From Prorocentrum cordatum (taxonomy: Eukaryota), in the NCBI GenBank assembly GCA_963575745.1, contig CAUYUJ010000175.1, positions 62,001 through 117,207 on the forward strand: a stretch of 55,207 nt of DNA, written 5' to 3'. Each line of letters opens with the position of its first letter. Within the stretch, counting starts at the first letter, position 1. Under the pieces are notes generated by a model. That model did not search any database and was not told the origin of the DNA. It was given only the letters and a program-made list of their open reading frames with translations. Of the stretch, positions 31,294 through 48,414 are shown piece after piece. The translations under genes were made by a program, and so were the position numbers.

Positions 31294-32273
31294 GATCTTC
31301 ATTCCAGAAATGAGAACACCTAAGTGCACGCACTGTTCGGGGAACACTTTGCATAACACAGAGTCACCAGCGCGGGGAAAGCCGGGGCGACTTAACTGAC
31401 CCCCATGTATCCTGCACGGGCCTTAGATAAAGTCCCCTGTCACGAGCTAACGGCTTCCCGAATGTTCTCCCGCACGGTCTCCCACATGGTCTCTTCTATA
31501 GTATCCTGGATGGTCTCCCGCATAGTCTCCAGTAGCAGTGCAATGACTGCTTCGGCTCCTTAATTCTGCTGTTTCGGGGTATCTGCCGCCAGGGTGCAAC
31601 GTTTGCCTTCTCGCCTTTTCACACCCGATGGGCCTCAAAAGCCTCAAGATGACCCAAAGACGGCCCCAGACAGCTCCCAGAGGGCCCCAAGACGGCGCCC
31701 GGACGGGATACAAGACTTTCCAAGAGGCCGCCAAGAGCGCCCAACGAGGTCCGCCACGCGCAAAGGAGGGTAGGGTCAGGGGGGAAGGCTTCTTGAAAGC
31801 ACCCCTGCTGCGTAGAAGGCGGGGGCCTTCTAGGGCCGGCGCCTTCTACGAAGAAGCCTCCGTCTAAGAAGCCTGCCCCCTTCCCCCTGTCCCACTCGGC
31901 GCGCAGCCGAAGAGGGCCCCAAGCAGCCACTTGTTGGCCCGAACGGGGATATCGAATATCCGGCCCCTCCCCTTCTGACCCATGGGACCCACGAAAACCC
32001 CAAACACCCACCAATGAGACATGCAAGGATTCCAGGACCCCTCAAAAAAAAAGTCCGAACAAGAGGCCCCCAAGAGAGGCTGCATCCTCCTCCTCCTCCA
32101 CCTCCACCTCCTCCTCCTCCTCCTCCTCCTCCTCCTCCTCCTCATCATCATCATCATCATCTTCCTCCTCTTAGCCCTTTCGCCTCGAGGATTCGAGGTT
32201 GACCGAGCGCATTTCGAAGGGGCGCAGCTCGGCCGAGCCATGGCGGCATCGTGATATTACAGGCTGGGTGGTT

Positions 32274-32394
32274 CTAGAGGGCTTCGACGTTGTGGTCGAG
32301 ATGACTCTCGGGGAGGGCGCCCAGCAGCTGAGTGGTACTCTTGATCTGGATGGATGTGATGGTGGCTGTGAAGCACATGTTCTTCTTCGGGGGT
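32274..32394 (-). CDS. Candidate terminal exon, unknown protein
   Basis: ctcgcag|A-PPKKNMCFTATITSIQIKSTTQLLGALPESHLDHNVEAL-TAG, with coding-like codon use. Confidence 0.45.
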
Positions 32395-32946
32395 CTGCGA
32401 GTGGCACAAGTCACTGATGTGTGGTTCGGCGTGCTCTCGATGATTACACATGTTTCAGGGTGGATTCGTCGGAGGTCTTCTTCGTGGGGGGTGTCGAGTC
32501 GGCAAAATCGGAGCACGCCGTGCGGCTCTGCCGCCTATGGGTGGCAGCGGGATGCGGCTGGAGATCTTCGTTCGCTGCTTCGTCTGCATGCTGTGGGGTT
32601 TCCATGGGGATGGCCGGATGGTTCATCGGGCTGCGTGTGCTTCTGACGTTTCTCGGCAAGAGCGGGATGCTCGCGAAGGCCGTCGCGCCCCGAGGCCCAG
32701 GAGGGCGTCGGGGAGGGCGGACTCTCCCTGGGGCCTCCTCTGGGCTCGGCCTCTCCTGCGTGCGGGGGGAGGCGGGACATCAGAGGGAGCTTCGGGTCGG
32801 CCCTGTGCCCTCTGGTGCAAGATGGGGGCCCGCCCTCCCTTCACGGGCTGCGAGGCGTCACAGACGCATGCACTTGTCCACCTTATCCACCTCCTCCTCC
32901 TCCTCCTCCTCCTCCTCCTCCTCCTCCTCCTCCTCCTCCTCCTCCT

Positions 32947-32978
<32 letters not shown>

Positions 32979-33161
32979 TCCTCCTCCTCCTCTCCTCCTC
33001 CTGCTCCTCCTCCCCTCCTCCTCCTCCTCCTCCTCCTCCCTCCTCTCCTCCTCCTCCCCTCCTCCTCCTCCTCCCCCTCCTCCTCCTCCTCCTCCTCCCT
33101 CCTCCTCCTCCTCCTCCACCTCCTCCTCTCCTCCTCCTTTTCCTCCTCCACCTCCTCCTCC

Positions 33162-33195
<34 letters not shown>

Positions 33196-33242
33196 TTTCC
33201 TCCTCTGCCTCCCCCTCTTCCTCCTCTTCCGAATCCTTCCGC

Positions 33243-34760
33243 TCCTTTTCCTCATGAATGACTTTTGCGTGTCGCACCCGGAAACCAATGTTTAGGGCGA
33301 GCCGGGCGTTTCGCGTGAGGGTTCCTCACTACTTATGACTCCGAAGCTCCAAGAATGACAACAATTTCACAGATGGAGGGCGGATGGTTTCACAATGTGG
33401 CTCTCGCCTTAGTGCCACGCACATTCGTGTTAGAAAACTGTAAAGGCTTCACGGATTGAGGGCGGTTTTTTCAACATGTGGCTCTCGCCTTAGCGCCGCG
33501 CACATTTCTTCTCAATATTTGCAAGAACTTCACGGAGTGAGGGCGGGTGGTTTTCAAAATTAGGTGCTCGCCTTGACGCCGGGCACATTCGCTTTAAAAT
33601 TTGCAAAAATTCCACGGATTGAGGGCGGCTCCTTTTCAAAATGAACTTCTCGCTTGAGCGCCGCGCACACTCGTTTAAAACAACTGCAAGAGCTTCACGG
33701 ATCACCATCGTCAACGTACCAGAAATGGCATGCTGGAAGGATTCATGATTACGCGGGCGCAACAGTTTTGTTGATTCGCGGTGTTGAACTCCCAAAATGG
33801 CGTTATGGTACGATTCCATGTCGCCGGGACGCAGCAGCCAATTTGATCCGTGGTGTGAAAGAGAACCCCGAGAACAATGTTTCTGCATGCTCACAAGGTC
33901 TTCAAACGGTTGTGTTCCAACAAGGCAGCTTCCTCAATGGATATGAACCGTTGTATGGGGCCTGTGACAAGGGAGTTTGGCGGGAGGGTTCATTCCAACA
34001 CTGGTCCTATTCCTCTTCCTCCTCTTCTTCTGATCCTTTTCCCCATTCATGAATAACTTTCCCCTGTCGCACCACGAGGCCAAGTTTTTGGCCGGGGTGG
34101 GCGTTTCGCCTGAAACCTTCGAACCACGTGTGACCCTGAAGCTTGAAGATTGACAACAGCCTCACAAATGGAGGGCCGGTCGTTTTCAAAATGTGGCCAC
34201 CGCCTGGACGCCGGGCACATTCGGGCACACTCGTTTAAAAAGTGCAAGAGTTTCACGGATCGACGGCGGGCCGTTCTCAAAATGCGGTTCTCGCGTTAGC
34301 GCCGCGCACATTCGTTCTTAAAATTGAAGGAATTTCACGGATTGAAGGCGGATCCTTTTCAACATCCCTCTCTCTCTCTCTTTCTCTCTTTTTCTCGCCT
34401 TACAGCCATACCCACTCGTTTTTTATATTTCATATAGCATATGGAAAATGCAGCAATTTTACGGGTTCCCATGAACCACAAACCAGATATTGTGTTTGGG
34501 AACGCTTCTGTATTATGAGGGCGCAACAGTTACGCTGATTCGCGGTGTTGAAATCCCAGGAATGATGTTTTGGCACGATTCAAAAATCGCCGGAGCGCAA
34601 CAATCAGGTTGATCCGTGAATTTACAATCCCGAAATCATAGCGTTGGCATGCTTCAAGGTTCCCAAACGGTTGTCTTCCAACGAAACAATTCCCCCACTG
34701 GAACCGAACCGTTGCAGGGGACCATGAAAAAAAGAGGTTTGGATAAGTGTTTCCACTGGT
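33243..34760. mobile_element. 83-bp-unit element, copies 3 and 4 in tandem
   Basis: Head-units-tail at 33243-34006 and ~34030-34760. Each ends in cactggt followed by a pyrimidine/(CCT)n tract. Confidence 0.8.
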
Positions 34761-34806
34761 CGTCCTCCTCCTCCTCCTCCTCCTCCTTTTCCTCCTCCTC
34801 CTCCTC

Positions 34807-34906
34807 NNNNNNNNNNNNNNNNNNNNNNNNNNNNNNNNNNNNNNNNNNNNNNNNNNNNNNNNNNNNNNNNNNNNNNNNNNNNNNNNNNNNNNNNNNNNNN
34901 NNNNNN
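34807..34906. other. Assembly gap (100 N)
   Basis: Run of N. Confidence 1.
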
Positions 34907-35710
<804 letters not shown>

Positions 35711-35754
35711 AATATCACCGTCATAACAAATTCTTCCTTGCCTGCTCCTCCATT

Positions 35755-36115
35755 CCTTCTCCTTATGACTACATCCTCCCTGTCGCACCCCGAGGCCAGT
35801 CGGAAGGGCGGGCCGGGCGTGTCGACTGAGACTTCCTCACCCAGCTGAACTATGAACTTCTAGCTGAAAAACTTGCAACAGCTTCGAAATGTGGTTTTCA
35901 AAATGTGGTTCTCGCCTGGGCGCCACGAACATTCGTTTCACAAATTGCAAGATCTTCACGGATTGAGGGCGGGTGGTTTTCAAAATGTGGCTCTCGCTTT
36001 AGCGCCGCCGCGCCCATTCGTTTGAGAAGATTGCAAGAGTTTCACGGGATGAGGGCGGCTCATTTTCAGAATGTGGCTCTCGCCGTAACGCCGCGCACAT
36101 GCGTTCAAAAACTTT
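35755..36115. mobile_element. 83-bp-unit element, copy 5 (tailless)
   Basis: Head with gtcgcacccc followed by about 3 units. Confidence 0.7.
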
Positions 36116-36351
36116 GCACATTCTGCCCGTCCCACAGAGCCGGCAGAGGCTTCCCGCCCCGCCAGGCCCTCCAGAGGGGCACCATCCCCGTGGGAGTCGT
36201 CACTTTCGGCATTTTCCTCGTGAGCGTGGCCAGTTTCCGAAGGCCCGGGTGTGCCCGAGGCACAGCTGGCCCACGGAGCCGGCGGAGGGCTTCAGCCCCT
36301 CGAGAGGGGCACTATCCTCGTGAGAGTCGAGAGCGCCCGGGGCACAACCGA

Positions 36352-36377
36352 ACCACAACAACAACAACCACAACAAC

Positions 36378-36408
<31 letters not shown>

Positions 36409-36411
36409 GCA

Positions 36412-36443
<32 letters not shown>

Positions 36444-36547
36444 AGCAGCAACAAACAACAAACAACAAACAACAAACAACAAACAACAAACAACAAACAA
36501 CAAACAACAAACAACAAACAACAAACAACAAACAACAAACAACAAAC

Positions 36548-36580
<33 letters not shown>

Positions 36581-36621
36581 GCAACAACAACAACAACAAC
36601 AACAGCAGCAGCAGCAGCAGC

Positions 36622-36670
<49 letters not shown>

Positions 36671-36721
36671 TCAATAACCACAACAACAACACCAACAACA
36701 ACAACAACAACAACAACAACA

Positions 36722-36759
<38 letters not shown>

Positions 36760-36760
36760 A

Positions 36761-36828
<68 letters not shown>

Positions 36829-37493
36829 AATCATTTCAAGATTGTTCGCTCTTACTGGCACCCGTGTCCTGCATTCCGTATACCCCGACCCTCGATACCC
36901 GCCCACTTCGTCTTCGATTGCACCCCCTTTCGGAGGGAATCTCTTCCTTGTCGGCCACTGACTGAAGTGCGAAGAACTCTCGAGCGAGAGCGCCGTTCCT
37001 CAGTTCGGGGGCCTCTCTGGCCAAGGGCTCTCGGAATACCTATGAAGAAATATCAAACCAAAGCCCTTGTCGACGTGTCCGGGCCTTCACCAACTTGCCT
37101 CAATGACGGGAAAGTCTCGAGTGAGAGCACCGTTCCTGAGTTTGGGGGCCTTCTCGGCCAGGGACTCTCGGAGTAAATCATGAGGAAGTATCGGCTGGGC
37201 CTCCGCCAACTTAGTTGAATTGCGAGGAAGTCTCGAGCGAGAGCGCCGTTCCTGAGTTCGGGGGCCTTTCTGGCCAGGGTGTCTCGGGGCAAATTGTGAG
37301 GAAGTATCGAGCGGGAGCCGTTGTTGTCGTAGCTGGGCCTCCAAGGGCCAACATTTAGGCTCAAGCCAACGCTCGAGCGGGAGCCTCGCTTTCAAAAAAT
37401 GTAGCCAGCGTCGAGGCGAGAGCGCGCGGAACCGGCTCTGGAGAAAATGAATCTCCAACAACATCAGCAACGATAACAAAAACAAAAACAACG

Positions 37494-37538
<45 letters not shown>

Positions 37539-37768
37539 CGCACAATCACAACCACAACCACAACCACAATCACAACCACAACAACCACAATCACAACAAC
37601 AACCACAACCACAACCACAACCACAACAACAGCAACGAAAACAAAAACAGAAAACAACCCAACAACAACAACAACAACAGCAACAACAACAACCACAACC
37701 ACAACCACAATCACAACCACAACCACAATCACAACCAAAACAACAACAACAACAACAACAACAATAAT

Positions 37769-37846
<78 letters not shown>

Positions 37847-37850
37847 TACT
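36352..37850. repeat. (CAA)n/(CTA)n microsatellites enclosing a 3-unit ~116-137-bp repeat
   Basis: tctcgagcgagagcgccgttcctgagttcgggggcct at 36978, 37115 and 37231. Confidence 0.85.
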
Positions 37851-38607
37851 AGCACGTGGGGACACACCGTTCTCACCAGTGCCAGGGTTTTCATAGGAGG
37901 CGGGCAATACCCCCACTTTGTGGGGGGGCCGGTTCAAGCTCTACCAAATTTCCAAACGACTCTTCGCCACCACCCACACCCAGCTTCCCGCCCTATGACG
38001 TTCGGACACTTCACTTCGTGGCATGCGGACGACCGTGGCTACTATTCAGGGCCCCGCGGCCGACGACGACGGCGTGCGCGCGCGAAGAAAAAACGAATGT
38101 GTCCCGCATGGTATTATTTGACAGGGATGATGGCCCTGGCAGGTGCGCAACCGTTGTTGCAGAAGTTCGAAAAAGTTGCTCGCAAAAGCCCGTTTGACAG
38201 AAATGTTTAAAAAGTGTTGGGTTTCCTACGAATCCGCAAGAGCGCGCGGGATGAAATTTTGACAATTTTTTTTTGAAAAACCATTGGTTTTTTGATGTTT
38301 TTATGTTAAAATCGCTGCGAACACTAAGGTTTTGGAAGGATTTCGTCTTGCGCGCGCGAATGTCCACTTTACCTTATTTTTTGCAAGGGATTCTTGAAAT
38401 TTGATTATATTAGAACAAGAAATGTCATTTTCTATTGTTTTTTGCAAGGGAAAGCGGATTACAACAAAACAACCGGATCCTGTACACACCCTCTTTTCTG
38501 AGGCTTCCTCACGAAAATGATGAAAATGTAGCTGCGGCCTAGGCGGCGCAGGGGGGGCGCGCACCAGGGGGCCCAACAATAATTATTCTTTAGAATAAAT
38601 AATGTTC

Positions 38608-38661
<54 letters not shown>

Positions 38662-38666
38662 AACAA

Positions 38667-38697
<31 letters not shown>

Positions 38698-38989
38698 TAC
38701 AACAACAACAACTACAACAACAACGGAAGAACGGAGACTCTGGCCCCAGGACGGGGCCGCACGCTGAACGGTCACAACCCCCTTGGAGCATCGGACACTC
38801 CAGCCCCGTGGGTTCTGTGTTGGCGCTCACTGTGTGACGACGACTCATCCGGCCCTGCAGCGGGCCCCCTGCGGCGGCGACGCGACCCCGTGGACAAACG
38901 TACCCCGTTTCTCACTTCATCCGATTTGTGGCCACCGCAGAAACCGCTCTCTGTATGCTACCGCCCTCTACGATCCCGTGATTGCGCTC

Positions 38990-39420
38990 CTCGGGAAACC
39001 TCAGGAATCTTGTGGAATCCTTAGAAATCCTCAGAAGCCCTGAGGAATCCTTAGGAATCTTCTGGATTCCGCAGGAGTCCTGCGGAATCCTGAGAAAACC
39101 TTAAGAATCCTAAGGAGTCCTCAGGAATCCTCAGGAGCCCGGAGGAATCCTTAGGAATCTTGTGGGCTACTCAGGAACCTCGAACAATCATTCGGAATCT
39201 TCTGGGCTGCTCAGGAACCCTGACGAATGAGGAGACTGAGAGTCCCCAGGGATACTGAAGGATCCTGGGGGATCCTTAGGCATCCTGGGGGATCCTGTGG
39301 AATCCTGGAGGGTACTGAAGAATCCTCGGGTTCCTGGGGGGCCCTAAGGAATCATGAGGACTCCTGGGACCTCCTGAAATATCCTCGGGCATCCTGAAGG
39401 ATCCTGGTGAATCATGAAGA
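38990..39420. repeat. GGAATCCT ~10-mer degenerate satellite
   Basis: aggaatcctt/aggaatcctc units. Confidence 0.85.
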
Positions 39421-39491
39421 ACGGTCTCGGACCGTCGGCCGCAGCACCAGCCCAGGCGCCCGGCTCGCCAGAGAGTGGCGACGCTGCCCAG

Positions 39492-39657
39492 GGCTCCAGC
39501 GAGCAACGAGAGGATGAGCCTCTACACGGCGTCTCGGCCCGAGGGGGCGCTCCAGGCGTGGCGGTATCCCAAGCTGACTGCGGCCAACGTCGCGAGCGCC
39601 CACACCAGGGCCCACCAGCAGTTTGGCCCCTCACGGTCATCACCAGCGAATGTGTGA
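39492..39657 (+). CDS. Candidate terminal exon on the plus strand
   Basis: gcccag|..SNERMSLYTASRPEGALQAWRYPKLTAANVASAHTRAHQQFGPSRSSPANV-TGA, with high GC3. Confidence 0.3.
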
Positions 39658-39899
39658 TCCGAAGAAGAGTGTATCGCTGTCATGTTCGTGCTGGAAGGGG
39701 GGAAAAGCCCCCCAAAAAACTTTGTAAGAAGATGTACATGCCTGGACTCAGTTGAGCCCAGAAAGACCAGGAGAGGGACAAGGACATCATCACTTCCAGA
39801 TTAAGTAACACTCACTGCTCTCATTCTTCAATCACCATCCTCACCATCATCATCACCATAGTCTTCGCAGTTGCATTTTTAGTATATTATTATATTATT

Positions 39900-41475
<1,576 letters not shown>

Positions 41476-41491
41476 ATTTCCCTTGGCTGGC

Positions 41492-41587
41492 CTTCACGAA
41501 CGACGGGCTGGCACCGCCGATGGCGAGCTGGCCTTGGCAGAGCTGCGGCGGAACCACCGCTGCGGTGTCGAAGACCTCCCACCGCCG
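41492..41587 (-). CDS. Candidate internal exon (32 codons)
   Basis: ctttcag|RRWEVFDTAAVVPPQLCQGQLAIGGASPSFVK|GC donor, exactly 96 bp. Confidence 0.5.
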
Positions 41588-42205
41588 CTGAAAGCTGGGA
41601 GCGGAGGACGCACACGTGAATGGGAGGAGAAGGATGAAAGTGAAGGGGCCCTGGGACACACAGATAAGTACACACGAATAACAGGGTTCCCCATATTTTC
41701 CTACAGTTTCGGGGTTGTTGTCTGCCCCCCCACTTCCCATATATTTTCCCATGTCTTCCTGGGGATCGACGATTCATTGGGTCTGTGTGTGTTTTCCCCT
41801 CCTGAGAAACGCAAGATGGCAAAGCAGGCCGGAACGGGGAGCGCGAAAGATGGAGCCTCAACGGCAGCGACATGCGTCCACCGTCGCTCAGGGGCGGATA
41901 CCTGTACGCGTGATGAATGAAGCGCCCCCGTGCCGGCCTAAACACGCGAAACCAATTTCGAAATGCGCCCGCACCAGACGCATAATCGACAACCCCTCTT
42001 CGCGCATGCACTTGCACATGCCACAAATACGGGGCCCACAAATATGATACCCTCCTCTGGCGCTCGCACACGATACGTGCCAGCAGCACGCGGGCCAACC
42101 GCACGTTCGATACGCACAATGCTTGGCGATAGCGGCCTCGCGCGCGGTGACGAAGCGGAGAAAACGAAAAAATGTGCACGGCTGCCCTCAAGAATCGCAC
42201 ACACA

Positions 42206-42304
<99 letters not shown>

Positions 42305-43294
42305 CACACACACAACACACACACACACACACACGCACACACACACACACACACACTTTGGTTTGAGCTAGCGGCGAAAAAGGGTCCTCGCGTGCGAGTT
42401 CCAGATGGAAGTGCGAATTGCGGTCGAGCAAACTCGAAAGCGCAACGAAAGAAGCGTAACCCACTAACGTGCCAAGCTGGGCAGTGGGCAAAGAGGACTG
42501 CAGCCCACCGAAGGTGCAGCGGCCAAGAACCGAGGAGCACGCCGAGGCGAGCTCGACGCAAGGTGAACTGATGCGCGAACTGTCTGGTGCTCAATGACAC
42601 TGAGTGATCGAACGACCGACGTAGACAGTGATGATGAACTGTTAGCTGCCAGAGCAGCCGATTGGTGGGCTGCCTAGACAGGCCAGGTGCAGCGGAGGGG
42701 CTGGCAGACGTCACGACACCCAACCACTGCCGCCATCGCAAACGGAAAACGGGAGAGGGCGAAGAGGGCAAGGCCAGCGCGAGGACATGCGCGGTCGTGC
42801 CGTAGCTGGCTCGACAGACATCGGTCAACGCAGCAGACCGAGGCCGTGCACTTGACCTACCGGGACCGAAGATCACTGCAGCTGGTCGGCGCACAGCGGA
42901 CCAGGATACACGTCCACAGAAGGAAGCAGCTGAGAGCGAGAGACGAGCAGCCGCACGAAGGACAACACAGCAGCGTCGCCACAGGCGAAGACTCAGCCCG
43001 CGGCGCACACGATCTGCAACGGCCCTCTAGGAGAGCCAGAGCGCGACATCCATCTGGGAGTGTCGCGAGGCCGTCAGCAGAGCCGATCAGAAGGCGCGTC
43101 GCCGCCTAAGGCGGCATAGTCGCGAGAAGGCACTGGATGCACCTGGCAACCGAGCGGGGCGCGCCACGCGCCACGCGGGCAGGGCGCAAAAAGAAGGCCA
43201 GCACCTATGGCGGCCAAGCCGCACGCGCGGTGCGCGGCGAGGCATCAGCGACGCAGTCGCGGAGCAAGAGACGCGACGCCCCCCCCCCCCCCGA

Positions 43295-43327
<33 letters not shown>

Positions 43328-44802
43328 ACTAGCTCCTCCAGAACAAGACGGGGAGCAGGAAGCACGGGAGGCGGGGCGGCCGGGAAGCAGCGACGCCAGG
43401 GCGGGGGAACCGCTGGCGGCCAGCACCACAGCCAGAGCGGATGGGCGCGGGCAAGTGAAAACCCTCAGAACACGCGCTTCCCCCAGAAGAGGCGCGGGCC
43501 AGGCCGAAGCCTTAGAAAGAGCTCATGCACCCGACACCAGCGCGACGTTGCCTTCGCGCTCTCTATCGGCCTCGCCTCCCCGCGCGGGAAAAAATACGAT
43601 GATCGGCCCGTAGATGGGCGGGGGCCTATGGCGGAGATTCTACGGGCCACAGCGGAAGTGGCACCCTGTGTTCTTCGCGTTACACGGGGCCCAAAGCGCG
43701 CGTTGTCCAGGCACCCACTCCTCACCAGGGCCCCCCCGCATAGCCTGGCAAAGCCTGCAGCCCACCGACGTTGCAAGGCCGCAGTCTACACGCGGCCTCA
43801 CCAGCGCACTGCGAGCAACCTCGTAGAGGAGCCGATTCCACCGAATGCGCGCGCCACCTCATTGGCAATGACCTACTGCGACATGCCACGCGAAGAATTG
43901 GCACGGATGGCGGGGCATGCCCATGGAATCCCCCTGCAGGCAAAGCATGCGAGTGCGCCTCCAGCGCACCTTCCACATGCCGGGATCTTCTGCCTTGGCA
44001 GCCAGTGCTCAGATGGGCAAAGATCCCGCAGCGCCGCAGATCTGCAACTTCAATGGTTGATCATGTTGCAAAAGTGCACACCGCTTGCCTGCGCACCCAG
44101 GCGGCCCTTAAACGCTTCGGCGCTACAGAGCACGCACGGTCGCACTAACACCAGTGATGGTGCGCGGCCTCATCTGATGGCTTGAGAATTGGAAGGGCCA
44201 AGGGTGCGCGCGCGCGCAGGCAGCGCTACCGCCCTGATTCCGAGCCTGAAGATGGGGTGCCAGCGGAGGGCCCCGATCGGGCTGGCCCCGATTGACACGG
44301 CACAGGGTTCTGCCCCTGTCGCGTCGATCACTTCGCTGCCAAGGGGGCAGACACTCCAACCATGCCCGTCGAGTTGCATTCTCACGCTCGCGCCCGCGCG
44401 AACGGCTTCCGAGCGAGCGCGGCGGTCCACGCGCGCGGGGCGGCAGGGCAGACTGGCCGCCGAGCGCGCGGGGGCCGCGGCGCCACGCTCAGGAGGAGGA
44501 CATCTCCTGACCACCGCAGGCGGAGCAGCCCAAACCAGCGGGGCGACCTGGCAGACAGGGCGCCCCGCGAGCACGGGCGGCAGCGCAGCGCCGACGCCTT
44601 CAACCTCAGCGAGGCCGGACAGGAGAGAAGGGGGGCCAAAACACTGCAGAAGCGGCGGGGGGGAGTCGCAGAGAATCCGCCGATCCGGCGCGTGAGTTTC
44701 TGAGAGCGCGGGCTCGAGCTCGCTCAAGCTTCGCTCTGCCGAGGGGGGGAGCCTCATTTCCTATCTAATTCCCAACCTAATTCCGACCTAATTCAATGCT
44801 TC

Positions 44803-45657
<855 letters not shown>

Positions 45658-48414
45658 TCATTTCCACGGGCACCCGGAGCGCCCCGGATCGGCGGCACTG
45701 GCCGGAGGCCACTACAATAAGAGAAACATTCTCACGCTCGCGACCGTGCGAACGGCTTCCGAGCGAGCGCGGGAGCCCACGCGCGCGGGGCGACAAGGCA
45801 GACCGGCCGCCGATCTCGCGGGGGTCGCGGCGCCACGCCCAGGAGACAGAAATCTTGTCCCGGCCGCCGAAGGCGGAGCAGCCATGCCCAAGCCCAAAGC
45901 CCTTGCGAAGTGACAGGGTTTCGGCGGGCGGCCGCAACGCGCGGGCCGGCCACGCAGCTGGGCCAGCACGCAGGACCACGGCGACAAGGCGGTCGCAAAC
46001 AGTAGCACAAACATCGAACACAGCACGAGCGGGCCCCGGGAAAACAGACTACACCGACGAGGCGACGGCAGCACGGAAGAAGCGATCCGCACTGACCGCC
46101 CGACGATGCAAACGCGCTCGAAGACGCGAAGGACGTCTGCCGAGGCGATGGAGACGCCCGTGAAACCCGAGCCGCGCAAGTAGGCGGGCGCCCACAGAGC
46201 CCCGCAGGTGTCGCGGCGAGCGGCACGCCCAAAGACGAAAACAAATGGTTCCAACGAATACGGAAGCCGCTTGCCCGGAGGGCGCGAGCGGATCGGTGGA
46301 ACCCGAATGCCCGAAGATCTTCTCAAGTAACTCCGCTGTGGCGCTGTCCGAGCAACGAGCGCGCAGCGTCGGAGAAGACCGCTCGGTCTTCGGCGCGAGG
46401 ACAGAGGAACAGGGAATCCCCACCTAGCGGGAGCGCGGCGGCGCCGATGCACTCGTCGCGCGAAGAGGACCGCGCCCTTCGCCTGGCGGAGCGGGCGGCA
46501 GCGGCGGCCGCGCGAGGAGCGCCCGACGTCATTGCTGCCGCGGAGCGCCGGCGGCGCTAGGGAGCAGGGCCCAAGGCGCCTGCGCGGGCCGCGCCCTCCG
46601 GACCCCCCCCGACGGCGCGAACTCCGCCCTGCGGCGCCGCAGCGGCCTCGCTGGCGGCGCGCGTGCCAGTCGGGGGAGACGAGGGAGCGCCATCCGCGCG
46701 CAGGCGGCCAGTCGGCGCGGCTGCGGCGGCTGCACGGAGCTCCATCCTGGGCGGCGGCAGCAGCAGTAGGGGCGCGGCGCCTCGAGGTAGCGGTTCGATG
46801 GAACGCCCAGAATGGCGTGAACCTACGTGTAAAGCAGGAGTCCAGCATCGCGCAGCTGCGCGCCGAAAAGTGGCGAGAGACCGCGCGGGCAGGAACCGCC
46901 GCGGCACGGGGCACCAGGCGCCACGACCAGAAACCACGCGACGCAGACTCGAAGGCAACGAGCGAGCGAGGCCGATGCCCGAGAGAGGCGACAGCGAGAA
47001 TGAAATTCACGCGCGAGAAAAGAAAAGATCGCGCGCTACACGGGCGGGGGCTGTCAAGCCCCGCGCCTGGCCCGCCGCGCGCAACCAGCGCGCGCGGCGC
47101 GCGTTGGGGCGGCGGGCGCCATGACATGAGGGCGCGCCGTCGCACCGTCTGAAATTGCTAGGGCACGCACCCTCCGCCGATCGGAGCGGGCGTCAGCGGC
47201 GGCCCCAGTGGCTGCGAGAGCAGAGCCAGCCGCCTTGGCTGCTGCAGAGCGCCTGCGAGGCTTGCGAACGGGGACCGAGGCGTCCGCAGGAACTCCCCTC
47301 TCCGGCCCCTCCTCGACGGCACGCGCTCCGCCCTGCGGCGCCGCGCCCACTAGAGGCGCGCATGCCAGTCGGGGGAGCCGAAGGAGGGTCGGCCGCGCGA
47401 TGGCTGTCAACGCCGTAGGCACGGCTCCTAAGCCTGCTCGAAGCCTCCCCTCTAAGGCGCGCAGGTGGCGGCTGCAGCGGCTGGGCGAACTGGCGAACCA
47501 CATCGGGCCGCAAGCGGCCAGCCAAGAAGGCGGCGCCTTCGACTGGATCATCCGGGTCGAAATCTGAATCGTATCGACCTGAGCCAGCTTCCCGGCTAGC
47601 GGCCCGCGGAGGGGCGGACCCGGGCCAATCGCGCCGTCGCGGCGGGGCCCCCGGGCGCCGGCGGTCGGGCGGCCTCAGACCAACCGCGGCGCACGCTGGG
47701 CGAGGTCGCCCGCGCCTGGCAGGCGCGGGCAGCCGCTCGCTGGAAGCCTCCAGGCCCGGAGGCGGGCGGCGCCCCGGGGGGTCCGCGTAAGCCACGCGGC
47801 GGGGACGTTCGCGGGCCTCGGAAAAAGCAGCGGTCCGCAGCCAGGGAGACCCCGCGGCCTGCCAGGGATCGCCGGCCCTCGCCGGCGGTGCCAGGGCCCT
47901 CCGCGGCGGCCCCAGGGGCGCCACGGAGGGTTGATCGACCTCCACTCAGGCCTTGGGCCCACCCGGGAAGCTCCAGCAGCCCGTGCAGAGAAAGGAACAA
48001 TAATGAATGTCCCCCCCAGTGAGCGGGAGAAGGCGGGACTGCGCAACAGCGCGGGCCCGCGCGCCGTCGCGGGGGCGGCGTCGCCCCCCTGCCCCTGGAA
48101 GGCACAGCGGCCGGCAGTCCGCCGAGCGCGGCGGCCGGGCGGCGGCGCGACGCCCCGCTCAGGAGCGGGAAGGGCCGCGCGGCTCGCCTGGCGCTTGAGC
48201 GCCGCGCGGCGAGTGCGAGAAGCGTCGCGGCGGTCGGCGGGCCCGCGGGCATGGCCACCGCGGCCGGGCCGATCCTCGACGGCCTTTGCCGCGACAGCCT
48301 TCCTTGTCCTCTGGTTATTGCCGCGGCCTTTCGCGCGGGCCATGGCCCGAGCCGCAGGGCCGTCGCCCGAGGCGGCGGCGGCCTCAGGGAAGACCCGGCT
48401 GCTCGCGCAATTGG

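Noticed and set aside
37846..37930. Helitron 3' end (CTAG|T on the minus strand)
   Set aside because: There is no convincing hairpin close to the CTAG and no matching 5' end.
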